Source: Vicugna vicugna (lineage: Eukaryota). From it: a stretch of DNA of 64,000 nucleotides. Location of the stretch: NCBI GenBank assembly GCA_013265495.1, contig MU057880.1:464527-528526 (forward strand), read 5' to 3'. Under the pieces are notes generated by a model, which saw nothing but the letters and a program-made list of their open reading frames with translations, did not search any database and was not told where the DNA came from. Made by a program: the position numbers and the translations under genes. Shown piece by piece: positions 12,201 to 24,900 of the stretch (position 1 is its first letter; each line of letters begins with the position of its first letter).

Positions 12201-12913
12201 TTAATAGGTTTTCTTCTTTTCAGTGCTAAGAATCTGTGATTAAAGTCATTTCAAAAGATATCCAACAAACCATTCACCTAATAACAATGAAAGAGAAAAT
12301 TAACAACAAAACCCTCAGATTTTAAACATAAGTAGGGGGAGGGTATAGCTCAGCGGTAGAGCGTTTGCTTAGCATGCACAAGGTCCTGGGTCCAATCCCC
12401 AGTACCTCTGTTACAATAAATTAAAAACAAAACAAAACAAAACACCTAATAATCTGCTCCCCAAATTAAAAAAAAAAGAGAGTATGGCCTTCTGAAAATA
12501 TATATTAATACTATGAATGCAGACTTCATGTTGCTTTGCCAAGAAGGGTTTTGAATCCGTGAAGGATGGTAATTAACTTATATCTCGCTTACTCTCAAAA
12601 TATATTTGAAACAGGTCACAACAAAAACAAAGCTATGCTAAAATCAAAATAAATTAATATAAGACAAAAGAAGACAGAAACTAAAAACTAAAGGAGGGCA
12701 GACCAGACAAAAGGAATGAACAGCATTAAGCCGAGAATCATCCTCAAGGGAACAAGCTATAAAAGGAAGCAGCAGGTTAGGCGTTATTGGGAGTTTCTGG
12801 TTATTTGCTCACGTTGAGATTTGGGGGTTTTTCATACCTATAATTCTGCATAAAACTGAGCAGCCTTTTCTTACCCTGCACACACACTTTAACTGAGCCC
12901 CACACCTTCATAC

Positions 12914-12960
<47 letters not shown>

Positions 12961-15900
12961 CTGTGGAGTGCCTGCTTTGTGCCAGCAAGAACTGACGCTT
13001 GTTGGACTGTGAGTTCCACGAAGGCAACTTTGTCGGCTACGCTCTGTGGGCATCCTGAATACGTAACAACACCTGGCAGAGAGTCAGTTCTCAGTAAAAT
13101 TTTCCTAAATGAAGTGAGTATAACTGCGACTTTAAATATAAAAGTAACTGTTTCACTTCATGTGAGTTTAATTTTTTAAATTTTGAAAACCAAGGCAGAG
13201 GAAATTTTCCATAGCACTGTTTTCAAACATTAAGCTCTTCAACAAAGAGGAAAGTTAAGCCTGCTGTTCTAGCAGCAAAGAAACAGAGCTGAGGGTAGAC
13301 AGTTAATTTTCAAGCTACAGTTGAAAGACTATTTACAGTTAATATGCTGTGACCAATGATGGTGTAGGACCTGACTAACCACTCAGGAGTCAAGTCTTGA
13401 TATTTATATTAATTTTTTTGTCACTTACTATCACTACTGCTCATTTTTAAAATTTAGGAAACCTGGATGATCTGCTCCCCTCAAACTATATTCTTACCAT
13501 CCGACCTTTTTGTAAAATTGAAAATTTTGCAGCTGAGAAGCCAACTTAAAAGTCTACAAGCCATATTACAGGTTGGAAAAAAGAGATTCACAAATCATAA
13601 ATTGAAGACCAGCAAGTACCACCACCGCCAACCTTTAAGATGCATTCAGTGCTCACGCTATATAAAGAACACGGCTACTGCTGCTTATCCTCACGGTGAC
13701 CTCGAAAGGATGTTGCTTGTTTATTTTACAAGTTAAGGGATGAGTGCGGGAGGGTCAGAGGTCACACGAGGTAAAGGGTGGAGGCAATACTCAATTGAGC
13801 TTTTGTAACAGAAAGGAAGACATCTGACTCCACATTAGACCTGTTCCTTTGGCTCTAACCCTGGGCTCTGCTTCCTGGGCTCAGTCATGCTGGTCCTTCA
13901 CCTTTTGTAAAAGAATGTTGCCTAGAGCCTGAAACAGACAGGAGAGCCCATCCTCAAGGCTCTGACCTTTAAGGGTGCAACACTTTTCCATTCATATAGA
14001 GATAAAAAGTTGCAGAACAGAGAATAGCATTTGTCTTGTTAGAGGTTTACAGGGACACCATGAGCTGACCCACGTGGACAGCTGCGGGAACAGGTAATTC
14101 CTACACCAAGAAGTTTGCAACAACCAACCACACCCTTTCCCTTTTATTGTAAAAGGAGCCTGAATTCTGACCTGGGGAAGATGGTTCTCCAGGACAGGTG
14201 TCCCCCATCTTCTCGGTCTAGCGGCTTTCCAAGTAGAGTGGTTTGTCCTTGCCCCACAGCCCATGTCCTGACCTACTGGCCTGTCATGGGGCCAGTGGAA
14301 CAAGCTTGGACCCGGCAACACTTTACGGCTTCACAAAGGGCTCGGCTAAGCTCCCCTGTGCCACAACTCACAGGATGTGAAGTGAAGTGCTCTGCTACAT
14401 ACGTAATTTCTCGAAGACTGCAGGGCTAGCCTCCTGTTCTGGATTCCCACCCTGCCTCTCTCTCCCAAGTCTGCTGTGTGGAAGGATTACCTCTCAAACC
14501 CCTTACAAGCACAGACTCTGTCCTTGAAAAAGGGCTGGACCGAGCTGCGGAGGGTGGCCTGTGCAGAACTGCACCGCCGGGGCCTGCTGGCCTGCGGTAT
14601 CTGATGCTGGGGCGCTGCCCTGGTGCCAACTGAACACTAATTCCCACCTGGAGTGCACGGGCCATCTACTGAACCCAAAGATGCAGAGGCCCACGTAACT
14701 TCGGTGTTGGGATGTTCAGCGGTTGTGTTGTAACAGAATTTGCAGCAGAAGTAAACGTTCAACATTTTTTGGCCAATGTCTTGGCCTTTGCATACGACAA
14801 ACAAACAAACAAAAACAAACATTTCTAGGGATGAGCTTAGAAATCTGGAACAAGAATTAAAACTTACATTACTTTTTTTTTTTTTTTGCTTAAAGTCAAT
14901 TCTCTTATTCTATTAGAATAATCTGAACATGACTGGTGTGAAAAATACATATACACTAAGTCTCTTCAACTTTATATCTGACTGTTTCCTATTTAAAAGA
15001 AAACAAGAAGGCGTCTTCCAACCTTGTCCCTGAGGCTCGGGTCGTTAAACCACTCCAGTAACTTTTTGCCCACTTCCATTGGGCTGGAGAGGAAAGTCCT
15101 GTAGGTCAGGAGGAAGTCTTCTATGAACGTCGGGTCCACCACCGAATGCTCTTCCACCAAGTGCATCGTCAGTCTTTCTGAGGTGCCCTGTAACAGATCA
15201 AAGCTTTGGTCACCATCCTGCGCGAACGGCATCTATTCCGTATGATTTCATATCTTCAATATGAGATGAATGGCATCGTGATACATCTAATAATGAGTAA
15301 CACTCAGGTAACACAAAGATTTATTACAATTGATAACATTTAAGAGAAGTTACGCATAAAAATGGGGTGGGGAGCCATTTCAAACTGCCATAACCAATAC
15401 TACCAAACCCTCCCTCCCCTGGTGGGGGGAGGTGTGGTGTCCTACCTTGATGACGATGTGTCCCTTCCTCGTCCCAGTGCGATCAAGCTCCCGGTGTTCT
15501 TTGACCATGACAATTTCTCCTTCCTCTTCAACTTTCTGCATATTCTTTTCTACCTGGTTGAGAATGCGGCAGTAATCTTGCTGGGCTATGCAGACAAACT
15601 GGAACAGAACAGAAGCCCCATGTTAATGATAAAGTGCTCGCAGGAGACCGAGCGGTACTGATAATTCAGTGTGTTAATTATTTAACGCTGACATTTTTCC
15701 ATGTCTTTTCCATACTCTCTAAATGAGGGCAGTAATGAACCTTAATCAGACTTCTCTACTTTTTCATCTATTTCTTCCTCGGTCAAGAAAAGTTTCATTT
15801 TTAGAATATTTATATGTAGTTTATATTAAAAATCCTAACAATTAAAAAAATCAGAGGATAAAATTAGGAGAGTACTTTCTCAGGCCCCTTCTTTACAATG

Positions 15901-18900
15901 GGGGAGGTGGGTGGGCTTCAGGACACAGATACAAACAAAATGATCATTTAGTGGGTTTTTTACATTTGAAAAGATTTTGAAAACAACAGTTTTAAAATAA
16001 AGATGGTTTTAATAAAAGACATTGAAATTCAAAGATACCTATGCAGTAGAAAATGGTAAGTTTGCTAATTATATTGATAAAAATTATTTTATCAAGTCTG
16101 TTCAAAAGGTCCACAAAACAAGCCACACATTGATAAAACTCAAATCCCTACTCCTTATAACTAGTGTCAAGATTAATTCTTCCTCTCAAAAGAAAGTTAA
16201 CAAAAATATGCACATTAAGCAACTTCTCCTCCATAACCCCAAATGTAAAAAATTTCAGGGCTCAGGGCAAACTATTTAATTATATTTCTTAGTAGTTTTA
16301 AAGAAGAATGAATTTCCCCACCCCAAGAATGAGTTTTTAAGAATGAATTTTAGAAATCACTTATTACACAAATTAACCAGAGGCCAGTGAGGAGACAAGA
16401 ATAGAAAGTAAATAAAAAGTATTGTCTTCTCTGAGTTTTGAATAATTTATTCTTATTCGAAGAAACCATTTAGGAATAAAGAAAGGCTGCACATTTCTTT
16501 TTCTCCTTTACAGTGAAAAGATGAAAGCAGGGAATGGTTAAGTCACAGTGCGGATAAGATAAACGATGCTACAGCCGTCTAAAATCGTATTTTCCTAGGA
16601 CAGCCAGAGTTCCGGTTCCATGTTCATGATATTCCTTAATTTTTTTAAAGATGCAAAACCAAATGCTGTGATAATGATGTAAATGACAGTGATGACATCA
16701 CACCGGTAGCCTTACAGCGCTTTCCCACTTCACCCTCCCCATCATCACGTGAGGAAGGCACCACCACTACCCCCACTGTAAGGTGGGGAAACAGCTGCAC
16801 TACAGGGCGCTGATCTGCCCAACGTCTCACAGCTACATGCTTGCTACTTAGAAAAAATTACACATGCGTATCAAAATCTCGGTATATAACAAAATGTTAA
16901 TAATTATTTCTGAGCAATGCAAACTACAAGCGGCTTTTGTTGTTTAAGATGCTTTTCTGTATTTTCTATACTTTCTGCAAAATCAATAAAGCTTTTTTTT
17001 TTTTTAACAGAAGTAGCAGCAGCGGTTCACACTCAAGAAATGGCATAGTAGGATATTAAATTTCTTCCACTAAGTTGGTTGATGTATAATCTCACTAATT
17101 TTTCTATTAAGGGTTTAGAATCAAAAATTAAAATTCAAAAAACATAGGCTTTTCTACTAAGTAATTATGGATAGCTAAATTTTTTAATGCCTTAAAAAAA
17201 ACCCCAAGCTCATATCCGTAACACTGACCACAAGTGTATATATGTTTGAAATATGTGGTCCTTAGTTTCTTGTCCCCCGAAATTTTTTTCTTCTTTTTAT
17301 AGGGAAACAAAACTGTTTCTCAGGCCTCCAAATAATTTTAGGTGTTCTTTCTTATACTTGGTTTCAGAGAATATAATTATATCATTTTCTCATTTATCTA
17401 AAAAAGAAATACACCCCTGAGTTAAAACAAGTAGGCAGATAGATAAAAACATGCTTTTTAAAGAGAAAGGTATGAAAATTAACCTTCTTGACTAAGGACT
17501 TAAAGAAATTAGAGTAAGTTTGACTTGAAATGGTTAATGTCTAGAAAGACATTTCTGGTATTTCTCCTGCAGCAAAATGAAATCTCATTTAAAAAGGAAA
17601 GAAAAAAAAAAATCCCAGACTGAATTTCTGATAGGGCCATACAGAACCGGTATCTCAAAAAAAATACATTTTAGATGACAACATTTATCTATTTTTATTA
17701 GCAGATTTATTTTTGCTTGAAGAAGTTTATAGATATAACATGAAATTTATAGGTAAAATATAATTTTAACTGGCGTGATTAAGCTAGTTGAAAATTTGTG
17801 AGTTGCATATGTAATTGTTTTAGTGAGGCCTTATCCTTTCGGACAGCCGTGGAAGTACTGTACGGGCTTGGCCCTCTGATATGAAATGAAAATTCAACCA
17901 AGATTCCACTTACAGAAGGTCAAAAGCAATTTACGTCACAGGGTGATTTTCTTCTGGGCATGTGACCTCACCATTTATAGTTAGTAAAAATATGAAAAAC
18001 GATAAAAGAATGAAGTAATACTAAACATCAAGCAACAGAGAGAACAGTCAACTTCCCAAATGTCCATGCAACTGCTTTTGCCTCCAAGACTTCTTTAAAA
18101 TTCAAAGCATCGTTAGCTCCACGGTCTCAGGAAGAGCTGAGTGTAAGAGACGCACCATAAGAGGTGGGATCTGCTTACTCTGCGGTCTGTAAGAAGTTCA
18201 CAGCCAACTGCTTACACAGGGGTCCGGGGGTTCATCACCCTCTGCAGGGTGCGGGGCAGGGCTAAGCCAGACCTGGGGGTCACCGGGAGGCCTAGGACAT
18301 TCTGTCCGCTTCATTCAGTAACTGTTGACTGACTGACTGCTGTGTGCTCAGTGGAAGGACAGACACTCATGGAGAGGGTTTCGTGGATGAATAAAAATAC
18401 GATGCCTCGTTTCCTTTACTTCCCCCAACAAGAGGAGGACCTGACAGGTGCACTTTCTGGCAAATAAACGACATTATAACAGAAATACACTAAAATCTGA
18501 CCCCAAATAAGCATTTGCATTAAAATCTCTAAAGTCGCTCTCCATTCCTGTTCTGAGTGGAGGGGCAGATGGGTCGGTGGGAGAAGGAGTAGTTGCTGAA
18601 AGGCCTGATTTCGTGTGCCCTCCCAGCGTGCGGGGCGGACTGCAGGGGGGAAAGGCGTCCTCCAGCAGACGCTGAGCCCTGGACCCCATGTCCGCCTGGG
18701 TCTCACATCAAGAGCGGTGGGAGCCTAACACTATCTTGATGGGAGCCTTCCTTTTCAACTGAGAGTTTTCTCCGGGAGTCTGCGTTGCTATCACCCTGGA
18801 TTTCCCACTGATTCCTCATCCGGAAATAGATGAACTCTCTGCCTAACATCTGCCTCCTCCTCCTTTCCCAGAACTCACAGAAAATATTCAGTCTTACCTG

Positions 18901-21900
18901 GGACATCTGACACTACTTAAGTACTCTGCAATGTTACGTCGTGTAATATTTTTATCAAGTATTCTGAAACATTTCTATGCCTCCCGTGTCATTTCTGTTC
19001 CACGATTATGAAATTTCTAACAAGGAGGGTTGGCCAATTAAGGGTGGTAGCTAAATTCTCTGAAATAAAATAACCATTACTCGCCCTTTAAGGACACACT
19101 GACTCAAATGCCCTGTTGAGCCTGACTTGTAGGAGGGCTCAGGGAGGAGCTGAGAAGAGACAGTGGGGTGGGGAAATCTTCAACAATTTTCTAGTTCGTT
19201 TTGACTCAGCTTGGCTTCTTTTTTTTTTTTTTTTTTTGGAGTATAATTCTCAAGCTGAAATATCACATATGACCCCTTTTAAATACACATTCTGAGGCCG
19301 AGTAAAGACCTGGAGATTTACCTATCATTTTCTTTCCCTCTATTATGCCAAGCAATTGGGAGCTGACTCTGTTTAGAATGCCTTTCTGGCATGACATACT
19401 CACAACACTGAATTCATGGCCACTTTTCTCTCTGTGGAGCTCACTGAAGGAGTCACTGAGCACAATTATTCTCTAGGTAAGATGATTTTATTTATAGCCA
19501 TGGTCGTTTATCTTTTTAGTAAGCAAAATGCTCAGAATGAAAATTTAAATGAACACTGTTTTACATTTATCAGACATTATAAAGTCAATGATGGTCTTTT
19601 AGAATAAACTATATTCTGATGTATTTCAGACAGTAGACTAATAAATACAGTGAGCACTTAACATTAATTAGTCTAAGTGACATCTTTTGGCTTATTTATA
19701 TTAAAATATTTTATTTTTCAAGGGCAAATTTTTTCAGAAGACATAAATCATAAATACTGAATGGTAATAAAAGCACTCAAATTTATTTTACACTAATATG
19801 GAGGTTACCAGTTGTAGCAATCTAATTAAATTTCACATTTGGCCTCACTATTATTTCTAGGCTTTTATTGAATGCTTTTAAATAATGAATATTAACATAA
19901 TATCAATACTGCCATTTTTCTTTTCATTAGCAGTATTTTTTTCACTAGCAAGTCTTTCTACTGATTCATGCTATGATTAATTTTCATGACTTCTAAAATC
20001 AATTCCTTATCTTGTATGTATTTAAATAAAAACACTGCATAACTGTTTCACATCATCTTTACTCATCTACATATAATTTCTTTTCATAATGGGCATTTTA
20101 CTTTTACATTTTTTGTTGAATAGATGATCAATTATTATTGATGCAAATTTTAAAATAACATATTTATAGAACATCTTTTTTAATAGAACACATTTATAAA
20201 ACGCTTACTTTCTTGGAGTTTGAATAATTTTAAGGGAGATTTATTTTTAATTTTCTAAAGCATGGTAATGCTAAAAGCAATAGTCCTATTTTAAAATCAC
20301 CTTTATAAATCTAGAAGATGACCTGCTCATACAGGCAGAAAAACCTTACCACTACTGCATATATAAGTGTTCTTTATTCAGCACCAAATATACATTCTTA
20401 ATGACAGCTTATACCTGGCAGTCATCCACCTTGGTCCTCATCACTCCTTTCATGTATTCTTTGTCCATGGTGGGAGAGACACCAAAACTATTCCCCATAC
20501 ACAGTATTTCCGCTTTTCCGTCAGGATAAGTCACTTCCACAGAACCGTTCAGAATCACTGACCAGGAGTCCAGCTGGCTCAAACAGGGAAGACAGAGCAG
20601 AAAACACCGTCATGACCGTGAAGCAAAAAGTGCTAGGACAGTCCCTACAGATTATTTAGAGCTTGCATTTCAAAGAGGGAACAAATGACCCAAGGCCAGT
20701 GGGCCGATCGCCAGGGTCCCAGGGCTTTCAGACACCTGCACGGGGCACCAGGCACTCCGCTCTCCTCGTGACTCAGGACAACACGAGGAAGAAATTCCTT
20801 CTGTTCCCCCCAAACACATGAAAACAAGATAGAATGATCGCCAATTGAGAGCATCATCTTGCTTTGACAAGAGGCATTCTATTCTGAACTTTTAAGTCAC
20901 AAAGTCTGAAAAGTTCATGCCTCCCTATATTTCCATCCACATTATATGAAACACTGCAAGTACTGGGAGATAACACGAGGGATTTGGAATACTGGACCCA
21001 ACGATGAGTGTATCGTAACTCTTGAACTATGCAAACTTGTTGCCGCCCATCGCTTCTAAAGGGGGAAGCCTGAGGGCTGGCTTTCTGTTCAAGTGCTGTA
21101 CGGGGGTCCCTACGGGGAAAGCCGCCCACACCTCTTCGCCGTCATTGAGCACGATGGTCCCCGCTCTCTCCACCACCGCGAACACCATCACCGCGCACAG
21201 CTCCCGTCTCACCGACATGGTCATGTTGGCAAAAGCGGGCAGCTGGTGCATGAATTCCAAGAGTTGTTCTGAAAAGCAAGAGACGTGCATTAAAATTACA
21301 ACTGTTTTAAAAAACAGGTGCCAGCGGAGAACACTCTAGGCTTGTTTCTTCTTAGAGGCCCTACGATCCTGCCTAGTCAGCCGTACAGTGACTTTGAGCA
21401 TCTTTAGCACAAGCTGAATGCCCTGCAGTTATACGGACAATTCTGCCACGGTGGAGAGGGTGACGTTTCCAGGCCAACCCAGGAGCTCCAGGACACACTG
21501 TACCTCAAATTCTAATGGGAATGAAGAAATTCATAAACATCAAGTGGGGAATCTCTATCGAAAGTGAGCTATGATGTTATCAAGGCTTATTAAGGGATGA
21601 AATGATGGGCGGAAATGAAACAGAGTTCTGAGAATTCTCCAAAAAGTCAGGAAGTCTGGTCCAGTGTCTTCTGGGCGACTAACTGGGTACCTGGAACAGA
21701 CAGCAGGAACAGCCACCTGGACTCCCCTGGGACTTAGAAACCAAGCAATATTTTCTATGGAGCAGACAAATCTGGAAAAATTAAGCAATTATAAAATTTA
21801 CAGCCTGACATGGTAAGTGCAAATGAAAATTGTTCTCTTATTTCTCATCCTGCAGACTGGCAAAAACAAGGTTTGACCATCGCCCCACTGGCGATGTGGT

Positions 21901-24900
21901 GGAGAAACGGCGTCTGCTCTGGTCCAGTTCCAGCAGCTGTTTGGATGGGTGACTTCAGTCTTCCCAAGCCCTGTGGTATCTATTCTTTTTTTTTTTTTTT
22001 GAGGGGGAGTCTTTAGGTCGGTCTGTCTATTTATTTATCCCTAGTTTTTTTTTTTTTAACAGAGGTACTGAGGATTGAACCCACGACCTCATGCATGCAC
22101 ATGCTCTATTCCTGAGCCATACCCTCCCCTGCTGTGGTCTCTGTTCTTGATTTTCTCCATTGTTCGGGAGCTTTCCTACGTACTTCCTAAGTTCCTTCCC
22201 GACCCCTCACCATGGCTCTGTGCGATGCGTGGTTTCTTTCTCATTCCCCAGGGAGGAAACCGAGGCTGAAGGTCATCTAATTAGGAGGCAGCAGGGCCAG
22301 GATTCAGAACTGCCTGCCCCCAAAGCTCACGCTGGGCATTATGGGTGGTGGCCAGAGCGCAGGGTGCGTGTCAGACAGCATCCAAACTTGTATTTCTTGG
22401 GGAAGGCTGATTCGTTTCCCCGAGGCATGCTTTTCTCATCTGTAAAAGCATCACACGACGCCCACCTTCACTGGGCAGCTCTGAAGATCAAATGCACTCC
22501 ATGTGGTAAAGTCCTTCTCACAGAAGAAACGCTTGACAAATGAGAACTGCTGGCTGGTGCTGTCACTACTGTCCTATTCATGGTGTCATTCAAACTTCCG
22601 GCTAACTAAAAATTCCAACTATGCTTTCTCTTGCCCCCACATAAGGAAACTGTCCCTATGCACGCTGCTTGTATCTGTGAGGATTTAGTGACAAATTTCA
22701 TATTAGTGGATATAGTTTGTTCCTTGCAAAAAAAACAACGTATAATACAAAGATGTATTCCGTGAAAACATGACATTTCCACAAGGTCAGACTAGGTGGT
22801 TTTTGCTGGCCCAGCGTGGTAATGTCTGCTCTGGTGAGACCCTACGTCATCCCCTGTGTGTAAGACTCTCATTACCCGGGGTGGCTTTGGTAACCAGGAG
22901 GACAACAATGCTAAGTGGTACCCAGGGAGCGGGTCCAACAAGACAGAGTTCTTCAGCCTGACCTCGACTGGCGTGTCAGGAAATCAATTCGCTGCTGCAA
23001 CCAGCATTTTTAAAAAGGAAGCAGCAAGAGAAAGTACATCACTTACAGGAAGGATTCGTTCTGGTTAGTGAAACTTTTATTTCTGGAATGAGCAGACGGG
23101 CTCGTGTCATGCCATAAAAATCTCTCTCTACCTGAGGGCAGCGATAAAGCAGTTTTGAAAGCCACTGCAGGAGACGCCCCAAACGGCTACACACGGGACG
23201 TGGGACTCGTTTCTTTACAGATGCCTGGCCTTTCTCTATGAAACAGAAAGGCCAATGGACACATCGTGGTCCTCGGACTGGGGCATCGGTCGGTTCTGCT
23301 CTCACTGGCCTCAGTTTTCTTTCACCATCAGCCCCACCTCCACCATGAGGTATTAAAACACTAGGTACAAATCACACAGTTTGTTTTTTCCTCTCCTAGT
23401 AAGAGCTGAAGGTCCTTGGACAAGCAAAGATGTATGCTCGTAAGAAAGACATGAGAGCAGAAAAATAATTGTCAGAAATGTTTCCGGTTTAACATACTAT
23501 TATGTTAAGACAATGATAAAAGTCAAATTACGGCCACAGATGACTGGAGAATATAAAGTATAAAATGTATTCACTATTACCGTGACCTGAAGGGCTCGCA
23601 CAGACATCTGTCTTGCTTTTTGTCAGTCTCCTAATCCCTCAGTGGGTCATGAAATCAATTTGTGATATATGACTAGTGACTAACATTAAAGAAATACAAC
23701 AGGATAGGTGATGTCTGTGCATCAAATAAGGATAAAGAACAAAGGACACAGAGGAGATGTGATAACAGTAAATCTACAAAATTCTCCAGCCTCGACTGAA
23801 AAACTAAAAATAATCAATTGCCTAACCAGACAGCATCCAAGGGTTTTTAAAAACTCTCAGAGATTCAAAACTGGTACCACTGGTTCTGTGATCACTTCTT
23901 TTCCATTTTTTTTATCACACTGGAGGATTACAGCAATTTAAAAAATAAAGAATATCTATCACCAATCTTTAAAAAAAAAATAAACACAAAATAGAAGCAT
24001 TTGACGGTAGGGGCTCAACATAACCCTGGTGAGGCCACAGGAGCGTGTGGAGTGGAAGCCGTGACACTCCGGGGCCAAGAGGCCAGAGGCTGGAGGGGAA
24101 TGAGACAGTTCCCAGGACGTGCGGAGAGAAGGGGCCGCGACTGGGAAAACCAAGACTACCCTATGCTGTACTGCTTGGAAGACTCTGTTTGAGTAACACA
24201 TGAATACGATTTGTCTTACTTCCATAGGGAACAAACATTCCTGTTTATGAAAAATATGACATTAAAAAAACCCTTTTTCTCTTGTCAATGTAACACAAAG
24301 AAAAGCCAAATAATCAACTTACAGACAACAGACACTTTAGCCAATTCAGAAAACGATCTTACTTGCTTTGGTTTAATGTATGTAAGAAGTAATTAATACT
24401 GTGAAGATTTTTTTTTTTTTTAGAAAATCTGTGGATTCTGTGTGTGTGAGGTATACTAAGCAGGAAAGAAAAAAGGAATCCTTTGAAAGGGGTCCAAGCA
24501 GTTCTCTACCTTAAAACAAAAATACTAAATTCATAACCATTCAGTAATTGAATACTTAGTCACAAGTTACCGAGCAAAAATAAATAATGCCCCTTTTCTC
24601 AAAGTATGGAAACAAAGGCACACCCAAGAATCTATGGGAACCCAAAAGGAAGTTTGTTAATTCCTGCAGTTTTAAAAATAGGATTAAAGAGGAGCAATTT
24701 CATTTAAACTAAACTTAAAACACACCACCCCATCGCTTGGGGAGGAAGGAGGTTCGGCAGGCAGGCACCTGGACAAAGCATCAATTCCACAGATGTTTGT
24801 CGTTCATACGAAAGGTGTCTGTATTAACCAAGTGCAGGAGGGTGAGTGAGACATAACAAGAGAAACGGCAGACAAGGTAAACGTGTGGCTGTTCTGAGGA

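Noticed and set aside
12335..12410. tRNA-Ala(AGC) gene, and likewise the other five tRNA-like heads
   Set aside because: All share a non-tRNA 3' part (ctaat-c-rich segment and A-rich tail), some have TSDs, and the stems or T-loop are mutated. They are SINEs.
18892..18910. Strong donor CAG|gtaaga in an intron
   Set aside because: No polypyrimidine tract or credible acceptor upstream; such decoy donors are common.
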